From contig OZ076415.1 in assembly GCA_964187785.1 (NCBI GenBank), positions 30,132,001 through 30,196,000 of the forward strand: a DNA stretch of 64,000 bases, read 5' to 3'. Under the pieces are notes generated by a model, which was given only the letters and a program-made list of their open reading frames with translations, was not told the DNA's origin and did no database searches. The translations under genes were made by a program, and so were the position numbers. Positions 46,926 through 57,538 of the stretch are shown here, one piece after another. Numbering within the stretch: position 1 is the first letter of the stretch; every line of letters begins with the position of its first letter. The stretch comes from Amphiscolops sp. MND2022. Taxonomy: Eukaryota.

Positions 46926-49436
46926 GAGTTTACAAAGATACAATTTATCAAGTTTCAACAACTAGTGAGTTCAATTGGTTTTGAAGCAAAGTATATTCGA
47001 TTTGTAATCTATTCCAGAAATACCATAAACAAATCAATCTTGATTTAACTTGTAATGTTTCACCACATTCGGAAACACAGAAATCAATTATTGCCCAATT
47101 TTAATGACATTCACCGCGCAATGACTCAGGTTTGGAAACAATCTTACTCTGGAACTCTGGAATCTGCGTTGTCCAGAGGTTCTTCGACTTCGTCTGAAAT
47201 GTGCTGAGATCTTGTCAAAAGCTTCTTCAGAATTTCGTAAAATACGCAGAGATTTATAATGAAGTTTCAGACTAAACCAGTACAAGCTGACATTGGGTAA
47301 GATAAGATATTCGAACAGGACACTAGCCAAGTTGAACGACTTCTTTGATCTATTGACAGATAATCGCATGAAATAATAATAACTGATTTCGGAATGAAAG
47401 TAGAATTTGGTTTTCAGAAGTTATATGTGCTAAAAAATCAGTTCTTGCTAATCAAAATGTATGTTGTTTATGTTCAGGATTTTCGGGAAATCATGCAAGT
47501 CACGACATACGGCATAAAAATACAATATCTTTTTTTCATTTGTAACTGGTTAGTTCCTTATATGGAAACATATTGACAGACATGGTAGGTCAAAAATATG
47601 TGATTTTCAAAAATTGTTCATGTACGCAGAAATGTCTCATACCTGTACTTTTAAAGAGGGAAATGCATCTTTCAAAATGTTGTCCATTCGTCCATGGAAT
47701 TTGTAAAAATTTTGCATGCAAATTCTATGTCCCCTGGGTTTAAAACTGTCTTTACATTGTTTCCGTGTCAAATTTTTCATGAAAAAATGCACACATAAAA
47801 CTGCCACTTTTTGTTCAAAATCAACCGCTAGTGTCAGCCTGAATTAGCTTGAATTGTGAAATGAACCGAAATTGTTGGTCTACATAGGGAACGGAATTAA
47901 AATCTAATAACATTTCCGGGAAATGAACTGAATAGAATTACAATTGAACGCTGTGTTCATTGTTTTCATTTTAAAAATTCAAATCAGGTGCAAAATTAAC
48001 ACCTTAGCCGCTTTTTTGTTGCTAATTTACTACGAATTTAATTCTCTCACGACCAATTGTAACTCATTCGAGCAAAAATTTAGAGATGAAAGCATGAAGT
48101 GATGAAAGTTTTTTTTCAATTAAATGCGCCGTGACACGGTGCCACAAAATATCCAAAGTGGGACCCGTCTGAAAACATCCAGAAACCAAAGAAAACCTTT
48201 TGATCAAATCGAAGAATTCCTAAAAAGCTACTTATGAGCATATCATCAAAGATGGGAAACTTTGGCCTATGCAACTTTTAGAATTCAATTTACATAGTTA
48301 AAAAATGAAAAAAGGGACCATTTAGCTCTTCGTGATTCTTTTCAGATTTTATGGAGAAATTTCGAAAGTGAATATTGAATGTGAGATCTCTGTTCTCAAG
48401 AACGAGAAAAAGTAACGGCTTTGTGATAATCAGACATTCTCTTAACAAAAAAGCAAAAACTTTTCCTGGTCCCAAAAACAACCTTGAGACTCAGGATTGA
48501 TTGAAAATTGCGCAAAAACAATGCACTTTTGGTCAGGCGTACGCGTCAGCACGTGTATATAGCATGTGCAATATACAAAAAGCAATCGAAAAGCTATCAC
48601 AGCCTAAGAAAAAAAATGCATTTCCGAAAGTTGCTGTCCATCGAGCTGCTTTTCAGCATTGTTTGGTGGACTTTAGAAATGGAATTGTTTCATGAGAACA
48701 AGATTCTACTTATTCCAGCAGATACATTTATGTAATTCCAATATGTAATTCCATATGTAGTTCCAATCCTAATTGGATAAGAATAGATACATCTTAGCAT
48801 TGATAAGGTAATGTGGTAATGGAAACATGTAGCTTTGATGCCATTTTTCAAGTGTCTCACTTAAACAGTAGTACATGAATAATAGAAGATGAGAAACGCT
48901 TGCGAACCACAAACTGACTTATGACCATCGCAATTTCACAATTCAGTGGAATAGAAGTTTCTGAATCAGATTACTATTTTGGACCATGTCATCTATTTCC
49001 CCTCCCCCAGGTACACTTTGTTGGGAATATCACCCCAAAACGAAAGCACATTTTGTTCTTGAATAAAAATATTTCACTAATAAGAGAATATTATATGAAT
49101 GTAAATACTTAGAGGATTGTTTCTACAACTATTTGGACACTTCAGGCAAAAAATACCATAATTTTTTGATATTCTTGTCCAAAATAGCAGAAATTTACGT
49201 TCGGAACGAGCTAAAATTGTATAAAAAGGCCCCTATTTCAGCGCAAAATTTGTCCGCTATAAAATCTAATGAGCAACTTGTAACTGACAGTCAATTTAAT
49301 GGATAGGATCATCCAATTATTTCATTGGACCAAAATTTCAACGCAAACAATGTCAGCATAATGGTATTTGAACTTTCTGTCTTATCCCCCCCGCCGCAGT
49401 TTTTGGGGGGGGGGGAATAGATGACATGGTCCACTA

Positions 49437-49978
49437 TTTTTAGTCGGCACTTTCCTATTGAAAAGTGCCCGACTATTACAGTGGCTAGTTTTCAGTCGGC
49501 GCCTTTTCCCTTAAGGAAAAAAGCCCGACTATTACAGTGGGTAGTCTGTTTTCAGCTTACGAAGTAGTATTTTTACATCATCAAAGAAACTCAACGGGAC
49601 CAAAAGGAACTCCCTTAGAGTATTTTCGGCTCTGTGAGACTTTTTTCGAAAAAAAATATTTCCCCCAGAGGGTCCCTTCATTTTTAGGGTTTTCCGACAG
49701 AACGGATGTTGAAAAGCCCCAAAGGGTCCCCCTTTCAGTTTTTTCGGCATTGTGAGATTTTTTTTCAATATTTCTTTTCACCAAATAGGCCCCCTTCATT
49801 TTTTTGATGATTTGCGACATAATGGATGAAAAATCTCAGAGTGTCCTCATTGGAGCGCCAATTCGGTTGAATTTTTGGGTTTTTCGGACTGTTGAAGTGA
49901 ATACTTTGACACTTTGAAGTCCTTTTGCTATTTTTAAGCCTTACATATGGCGTCGACTTGGGCCATTCCCGGCTTGTT
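49437..49978 (+). mobile_element. HINE-like element, copy 4 (opposite orientation, duplicated TT-side end); related fragment at 49980-50310
   Basis: TTTTTAGTCGGCAC... and TTTTCAGTCGGCGCC... through ...GGCGTCGACTTGGGCCATTCCCGGCTTGTT. Confidence 0.6.
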
Positions 49979-50424
49979 TTTCTTTTTTCTTCGTCAGACC
50001 ACAGACCCCTTCGTATATGTACCACTTTTTAGTACAGACTTTAATCAGCTTACGGGGAACCAAGCTGTCACGGGTTCGAGTCCTTGCTTTAGTCAAAAAC
50101 GTTTTCGAGCTTTTGCGAAAGCGGATGAGACTGAAGGGTCCCTCTTTCACTTTTTTTTCGGCACTTTGCGACTTTTTTGCGAAGTTTTTTTTCCTTCAAA
50201 AGGTCCCTTTCAATTTTTTTGATATTTTGCAACAAACTGGATTTTCAAAAAGCCCAAAGGGTCCCCCCTTTTACAGTTTTAAAAACTCTGCGCTTTTTGA
50301 GTCTTAGAAACAGCGCCGAGTTTAGACGTTCCTTTCTTGTTGTCAGCTTTCTTTAAATAGATTTGATCGCAAAAAACACGATCCAACTAATTGTTCGAAG
50401 AAAGTACGCGGTATGATCAAATGA

Positions 50425-50712
50425 TGCTAGGGCAATACACTCTTCGAAAATGTCAACAACAAGCCAAAAGAGAAAAAATCTTCCAACAAGAAAGCATCGA
50501 GAACGTAATTGAGTGTAATGTTTCTCCTATTTTGGTCGAAAACGTAGATCTGGCTGAATCAGGTCTCAATGTTGCGGCTCCCTCGACAGCCAAGTCGCCG
50601 CGGGTTGAAAAGAGTGCTCTGGAGAGCTTGAGAGTGTATTGAAAAGAGTTAACATCTGAATTAAAACGACTGGTACTTGAGTCACAGAGAGAAGAGAATT
50701 GTTAAAACTGCT
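50425..50712 (+). pseudogene. N-terminal gag-like fragment of another LTR family
   Basis: MLGQYTLRK...KSPRVEKSALESLRVY*KELTSELKRLVLESQRE...LLKLL, ending abruptly at the junction with the opposite-strand gag. The gag identity is inferred from recalled similarity. Confidence 0.45.
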
Positions 50713-52185
50713 TGTCGTGAATTTGTTCACTATTATTAGAGTCTGTTGAACTCTCTCTAGACCTCAGTCTAGTATTTTCCTGTATAAAGCAAGTTCTGGG
50801 ACGATTTTCCCACGATTTCTGAGCATTTCCAACTTCGGCGTTCCGTTGTAGCCCACTGGACCTTCGGTCCCTTATGGTGAAATCGGTCGGCCTTGGGCTC
50901 TGATGTGGCCCGTTGGACCCTCGGTCCACCATGGTGAAATCAAGTCTGCCCTGCGTTTCTAGCGTATTTTGAATAGCCGGAAGCACTGTATTTGTTATTG
51001 CAGCTGTGATAGCTTCCTGGACTTGAGAACTCAAGCTAGTTTTGACCTCATTGAGTTTTCTAGACATTTGATTTGAAATTTCCTCATTAATCAACCTAGT
51101 GGTCTCAATTGTGATTTCGCTGTTTTCCCTACTTTTGGTATTAAGTAAAGATCTGAAATCTTCACCTATAACGTTTGAACTTTGTTGTGGTCTACTAGAC
51201 CCTGAATCCAAATTCCCTTCATTTTCGCTAATGTTATTCTCCTCATCACATCTAGAGTAACTTCCGAGCATTATATCAACATTTTCTACATCAGACATTA
51301 TGTCCAATTGCCTAGAGCGTCTCTCTTTGGCTTTCTGTCTCCTTGTTGATGGCATTGAACAAACTTTGGAGATTAATAATGAATTGACAAACGGTCTATT
51401 ATTTCAATAAGTCTCGCAACGTAACAGATTGAATCAGCAGTGTATATAGTTGATAGTTTCATAAAATCAGAAAGAATCATCCTGGGGCCTACGGGTCCCC
51501 GCTATATATACTTCACACTGCATGACCCGCAAAATTATGCTGGTCATGTTACTAATAATAGCTCCCGGGTTATATTTTGATACATGACGTCAGTACTACA
51601 TCAAGTTGCAGCTAAATATAGCATCAGGGTATAATGGAGGGATTGACCAATGGTCTGTAAGTGTGATATTAGTTCTAAAATAAGCACATTTTGCTTTAAA
51701 CAGTTACATGTTTACTTTAATATTTCATGTCTGACAAGTATCATAACAAACAAATCGTCCATTATTACTGTACTAATAGACTTAAGGTCCGAGTAACTAC
51801 ATCAGCTCATTTAAATTGCAGCTCTAAATAGTAGTAACCGCCGCGGACTGATAGTACGCGCGGCTACAGTAAACATAATAGCATCGACTAATTGGCAGCT
51901 AATAACACCGCAGTTGACCTTCGGTCCACGTGGCTACAGCAATGATAATGTTAAGAATGTACAGCACTCTGATTGGTTTATTTAAATTAGGCCGGTACGT
52001 ACGCTGGGCGTCAACAAGCGTTCATTTGAACACGTTTCCTAGTATTCAGCAAGCATTGTACGTATTATTTTACATTCAATTGACTATATTACAAATTCAT
52101 TCAATCAATCAAACAGGCACAGGACTCATCAATTAAGTATATTCCCGTAAGGTAAAAATGAAAACTAAGATGTAGCTGTGTGGAC
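50713..52185 (-). mobile_element. Truncated second copy of the element D 5' region (leader plus gag N-terminus)
   Basis: Near-identical direct repeat of 62525-64000 (scattered substitutions, one 3-bp indel); ORF 50702..51355 matches the gag N-terminus. Confidence 0.92.
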
Positions 52186-52196
52186 CACAGGTCCGC

Positions 52197-52900
52197 CACG
52201 GCAAAAATATAAAATAGCACTATTGGGATAAGATTAAACATAGTTTTGAATTGTTTTACCGTAAGTCTTTCAAATTGGCAATACTCCGGGTGGGGGGTTG
52301 GATTCTACATTTTCTTGGGGAATTTGATCATAATTCCCGTCACAGGCGGCAGCCTGTGACACTCCCCTAGGGACCAAAAGTACTGTCCCTTGGTTCATTC
52401 CAGCTAAGTAAGCATCTCTCCGTCTCTGTTGATCATAATGCGTTTCGCCGCGCCTTGTAGTCGACTCAAGGTACGTCAGGACTGCAGTCTCGCGGATTTG
52501 TTCGTATGATCTGCCACACACAACGCAATCTGCATAAGCTGCAGCGTTCGGTTCACCACAGTTTGCTCCAATTCGCACACTAATCCCCTGAATGTGAGAG
52601 TTTACGGGCACAGTAAAATCTGTCACATTGGGTCCAGCGTAATCATAACGACCATAGCTGGGCCCTTGCTCGCACAGAGGTGGAGAAAGCAGCGTGTCCA
52701 CCTGAGGGACAAGTTTTGAGCACTGGTTGATTGGACAATTGTTTTCTCTGCCGATTGCGTCTGGGCCAGTTCCCAATTCGACTATTGCTGTTTTGAAATC
52801 TTCAGGCCAGAAGTCCGAAAAGTCGTCCCAGGGGAACTCGGGCAACCCGTCGTCCACGCAACTAGAGAGGTCCGTAGTCATCTTGCGTGTGGCGTTCTGT
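52197..52900 (-). repeat. 704-bp inverted repeat, left arm (pairs with 56835-57538)
   Basis: Reverse-complement match with only a handful of substitutions; both arms are 704 bp. Confidence 0.95.
52270..52881 (-). CDS. Repeat-borne ORF (203 aa, CxxC), variant of ORF 56644..57465
   Basis: MTTDL...LPEFPWDDFSDFW...CVVCGRSYEQI...; open in both copies. Confidence 0.6.
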   Translation of the reverse strand: MTTDLSSCVDDGLPEFPWDDFSDFWPEDFKTAIVELGTGPDAIGRENNCPINQCSKLVPQVDTLLSPPLCEQGPSYGRYDYAGPNVTDFTVPVNSHIQGISVRIGANCGEPNAAAYADCVVCGRSYEQIRETAVLTYLESTTRRGETHYDQQRRRDAYLAGMNQGTVLLVPRGVSQAAACDGNYDQIPQENVESNPPPGVLPI

Positions 52901-52982
52901 GCATAAGTTGGGGCAAATTGAGCTCTTCGTAGCGAGGAGGACTTTGCACACTGTAGGGACTGTAAGGGCTTCCATCCACTAG

Positions 52983-55483
52983 CTATACAGTTTTGGCGCT
53001 ACTACCAGTACAACTGACTAGAGCGGGCTTGGTTGAGATGGCACCCATGATGTATGACACCAAATTGATCTCAGCATCAGTCTGGCCCTGTATCCTCCCG
53101 GTCCGCTTGAGGAAGACCCGACACAGTTCGCTGTCTCGACAGTATCGTATGAAGATGAGAACGAAGGCACCATCATTCGCAAATTCGATCGAGTACTCTC
53201 CATTGGAGTTTACTTGAGAGGCAATATCACAGATGATCTCGTGGAACATGTGATGGAACAATACCTGAAACAGAAAGACGAAGACGGTTACCACTGAATA
53301 CCACTTTGAGAAGCAGAGTAGACTACTTCTAAGAAATAGTAAAAGTTTACCTACAGTCAAACGCTCTTTGCTCCAGTTGAAATCAGTAAACAGAGCCTGG
53401 TGGTTCACGATGACCCCCACGTCACTCCAGAATAACTTCAGCACTTCAAGATCGCCATACGAAGGGAGAAATCGGCCCAGTACTGACAATTGGATACGCG
53501 CTCGGCTATCGGACGATGAAGCCATGTAGTCCATGCCAGACATGTACTCGTCATAGAAGGGAAGCTTTTGCCCGATTTCTATTAGCTCAACATCAATAAA
53601 GTTTGGCAGCTCCAGTTCTAATTGGTAAGGGGTTAAAACCTTCCCGTCCTTTCCTCGCACTTGGTGAATCTTCCTTTTAGTGACCGGATCGATTTTGTAG
53701 AGGTACTCGTACCTCCACCTTTGGTCCTTCCTCAGATGTTTTTCGGTGGAGTGGTGACGCAGAATTTCCCTAGCTCCTTTCCCGTAGATGGAAATATTGG
53801 CCTTACAAATTTGGCAATAAAATTTGTATTTGTTCCACCTGGGGTCTACTGGTCCAGAGACAAAGGTTCGCGTCCACTCCATCCCCTTGAAGTACGCTTC
53901 CTTCATGATTTTGCATTTTCGGGTCACTTTTCGTTTTGCCCCTTGGGAAGTGGAACTTGTTGCTTGTCGCCCTCGCTTGCTAGTGGTGGTTCGTTTGGAG
54001 CGTTCCTGCATTCCTTCTGCCTTCAAGGAAGCCAAAGTTTGTCCCCCGGGACTGTCAGCGCAGTACTCGAGTGTTAGAGACCCTGAGTCCACTGGGCTAT
54101 AACTTGTGCGCTTTGTGGAGGCACCTTGTGGTGGCGGAGCAATACCATCTTGACTGGGAGCTTCAAATGAATACCCAATGCTGGAAAAGTCGTCGTCACT
54201 TTGTATAGCTCCGCTTGTGTCGCTAAAACGACCGGGAGTTGCGCTCCTAGATCGCCGCTTTCCAAGCCCACGGGGTTCTGTCGAGGTCAAAGTTTGCAAG
54301 GCCCCTGGTCCCAGATTCAATTCACTGGCTCTCTTGATCAGATCTTCAAGCGCACCATGAGCCGTCCGAACAGACTCTTCTGCCACAACCTTCAGAACGC
54401 TGCTGATTTGGTCTTCTGTGAAAGCTATAACAGGGTGTCCTCTTGGAAGGCTTGCAAGTTCGGCGTTGGCAAAGTACTCCTTGATTAGAGCCCGGCCACT
54501 TGTCTTAAGAAGAGAGCTGTGATTAGTACCTGTGTGACTACCGGTGCAAAGGCGCTATCTGAATCACCGGACCCAAGAGGGACCGCATGCCGCTTCAGAT
54601 TCATGGCTTGACCAATAGTAGATCCGCCAGGGTTCGCGGGAGACTCAACGTCAGTTTCTTGACCAAGTTCCGATTCGCTGTAAGTTGACGTTAAACAAGC
54701 AGCTGTATTGTAACGCTTGGCTCCAGGGCCAAATTGGGTTATTCCAGTACTAGTGGACGGAAGGTCACAGAGACCAGCTTTGGGAACCGGCAAAACTCCG
54801 AAGTTAGAAGCACTTTCCATTCTGGGCCTTTTACTAATCTCTTGGTTTGCCTTATCACCTGCAGGGCTGGAAGCAGTTAGTGGCGGTTCGAGGAAAGTTA
54901 CAATTGGATTCGGCAACTCTTGATCAGTGAAGTCAGAAAGCACGTTCAACCCAGGAGTAACACACAGTTTTCCGCTTTCGCTCGCCTTTAGCAAAGAATC
55001 TGTCTCACTAGGTGCCCCTTGTGTGAAAGTCTCATCTCCTAGACTCATCATCTTGCGTGCAAAATATGCTTGGACGCTCTCTTCTGAACTACTGGCGTCG
55101 GTCGCTAGCAGGTTGATTAAGGGGGGAGAGTAATCTGGCGATCCTGGCAGCTGAGATTTTGGGTCCACTTGGATGGACGATTCTGGCGAGTTTGTCCCTT
55201 TGGAATCTTGCTCCAATGAGGCGTGAGAAGATGCTTCCTCACTTATTTCAATCCCAGACGTTAGCAATCTAAGCGGTCTTGGTGAAGGCGTAGTAGGACT
55301 GGTTACGGCGGTTCCCTGAGCTTCTAGACCATGAGTCTCTTCAGCGGCAGGAGGATTAGTGATCATTGATGTTTCTCCGTTACTGTTACTCTCACTCTCA
55401 GTTCGAGTTGGTTGCCCGTTTGATTCTTTGCCTAAACGGAAAGAAATAAATTCGCGCGGCTCACTTCCTGCAAATATATCCAT
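52983..55483 (-). pseudogene. Cargo ORF(s) 332 aa + 467 aa, probably one ~800-aa protein with a frameshift: low-complexity N-terminus, BED-like zinc finger, degenerate hAT-like core
   Basis: The 467-aa frame stays open upstream to ~54555, overlapping the end of the 332-aa ORF. Motif FYCQIC...ILRHHSTEKH. Candidate 90-nt GT-AG intron at 53266-53355. Confidence 0.55.
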
Positions 55484-56643
55484 CTTGCCGCATTTTAAAA
55501 CTTCCGGAAGTGAAGCTCAACTAATTCAACAGCTGTTGAAAATATTTCACGATGGAGGAAGTAAAATTAGTCAAACCTAAACCCTGATCAAGTTTAGTCT
55601 AGACAAAACTCTAAAAGAACCAACCTGACGTTATTTCCATGATGGGAAAGCGGAATTCCTCAGACTCAACTATTTCAGTGAGATTTAGCTCTGTAGTCCT
55701 TTGGACTGGGGGACACAATTGTCTGTTACTTCCAAAGAGGTGAATATCCAACTTCTTCCTTTTCCCTTCTGTAGCTGCTGCGACTCACAGGCGAGAAGTA
55801 AATTGGGGAATTTAAGTAACAATGTAATAATTACACAATTCAATAGGAAGAAGGTGAACGCGTTGCATAAAGGCTAGGCACAGGAACATATATAATGCTA
55901 TATAGTATGCATTAACTTGACTCTCTTATTCTACTCGACTAAAAGGACAGTTTACCAAACGATTATTACATTACTCAAAGTCGGTCAATAACTTTATTTA
56001 AAGAGGACGTCGTGGCTTACTCATTAGTTCTTTCTCTCATAATTACTCTTCATCTATTCTTCACACTTCCATACAATTATCTAATTAGTCGTTTACCATG
56101 AATGGAACCTGCCAGTGAAATTCATGCTCATTATTTCGCTTCCTAATTTAGTTCATTTCATGAAAATTTCTTCGATTTGGGTTAAAACTCCTTTTCATTC
56201 ATCATTTACCAAAATTTTCTTCATTTATTTATCGGAATCACCCTATTGGTTGATTCAGTTGATGTAGCTTCGCGGACCGAAGGTTTTTGATGGTGGAAAT
56301 ATTTACTGATAGTTTACTTGAGTTAGCACTTAACTCACTCACTGACTACTGTTAAGTGTTTGTGTAAACAACTTACAAGTCCCCCAAGGACCAATTAACA
56401 TGAAATTTACCTCAGTTGTTACTTCTAGAAATTCCGTAAAATTACAAATATGGAATGTTTGGCAAGAATTTAGGGAAGATGAAAAACGGTTTCCCCGCTG
56501 GGGATTCCCGCGAAAAGGGTGAAACCACTAGTCCGAATAACTAGAAGAAAATCATTCAGTCAAATTTCAAAAGCCAAACCAGTTGACTACTAGCAAACCT
56601 CAAAATTGCCAAGAAAATCCTCCTTGGAAAATATAAATCTCAG

Positions 56644-57465
56644 ATGGGAACTCAATTCACAATTGATGAATTGGCCAACTCTTTGGTCAGCCCAGCCTAC
56701 TTCTCTTCAGAGGAAGAGGAGTATATGGAGGTAGACATTCTGTCTGTGTCAGCGCAAGGGACCGATCGTCATTCGGACGACAGTGACATAGAAGTCATCG
56801 CCTGTTATCGCCACGTGCCAATTGCCCCAACTAAACAGAACGCCACACGCAAGATGACTACGGACCTCTATAGTTGCGTGGACGACGGGTTGCCCGAGTT
56901 CCCCTGGGACGACTTTTCGGACTTCTGGCCAGAAGATTTCAAAACAGCAATAGTCGAATTGGGAACTGGCCCAGACGCAATCGGCAGAGAAAACAATTGT
57001 CCAATCAACCAGTGCTCAAAACTTGTCCCTCAGGTGGACACGCCGCTTTCTCCACCTCTGTGCGAGCAAGGGCCCAGCTATGGTCGTTATGATTACGCTG
57101 GACCCAATGTGACAGATTTTACTGTGCCCGTAAACTCTCACATTCAGGGGATTAGTGTGCGAATTGGAGCAAACTGTGGTGAACCGAACGCTGCAGCTTA
57201 TGGAGATTGCGTTGTGTGTGGCAGATCATACGAACAAATCCGCGAGACTGCAGTCCTGACGTACCTTGAGTCGACTACAAGGCGCGGCGAAACGCATTAC
57301 GATCAACAGAGACGGAGAGATGCTTACTTAGCTGGAATGAACCAAGGGACAGTACTTTTGGTCCCTAGGGGAGTGTCACAGGCTGCCGCCTGTGACGGGA
57401 ATTATTATCAAATTCCCCAAGAATATGTAGAATCCAACCCCCCACCCGGAGTATTGTCAATTTGA
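56644..57465 (+). CDS. Repeat-borne ORF (273 aa; acidic N-terminus, CxxC), convergent on pol
   Basis: Intact ATG-to-stop ORF; its 3' three-quarters form the inverted-repeat arm. Confidence 0.65.
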   Translation: MGTQFTIDELANSLVSPAYFSSEEEEYMEVDILSVSAQGTDRHSDDSDIEVIACYRHVPIAPTKQNATRKMTTDLYSCVDDGLPEFPWDDFSDFWPEDFKTAIVELGTGPDAIGRENNCPINQCSKLVPQVDTPLSPPLCEQGPSYGRYDYAGPNVTDFTVPVNSHIQGISVRIGANCGEPNAAAYGDCVVCGRSYEQIRETAVLTYLESTTRRGETHYDQQRRRDAYLAGMNQGTVLLVPRGVSQAAACDGNYYQIPQEYVESNPPPGVLSI

Positions 57466-57538
57466 AAGACTTACGGTAAAACAGTTCAAAACTATGTTTA
57501 ATCTTATCCCAATAGTGCTATTTTATATTTTTGCCGTG
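56835..57538 (+). repeat. 704-bp inverted repeat, right arm
   Basis: Reverse complement of 52197-52900. Confidence 0.95.

Noticed and set aside
51930-52136. 68-aa ORF MATAMIM... duplicated at 63745..63951
   Set aside because: Non-ATG start; its conservation is explained by the recent duplication of the leader.
51780-52190. CRISPR-like array from the stacked TGTAG motifs
   Set aside because: Degenerate 16-bp motif, irregular spacing, both orientations, no cas genes, and a spliceosomal eukaryotic context.
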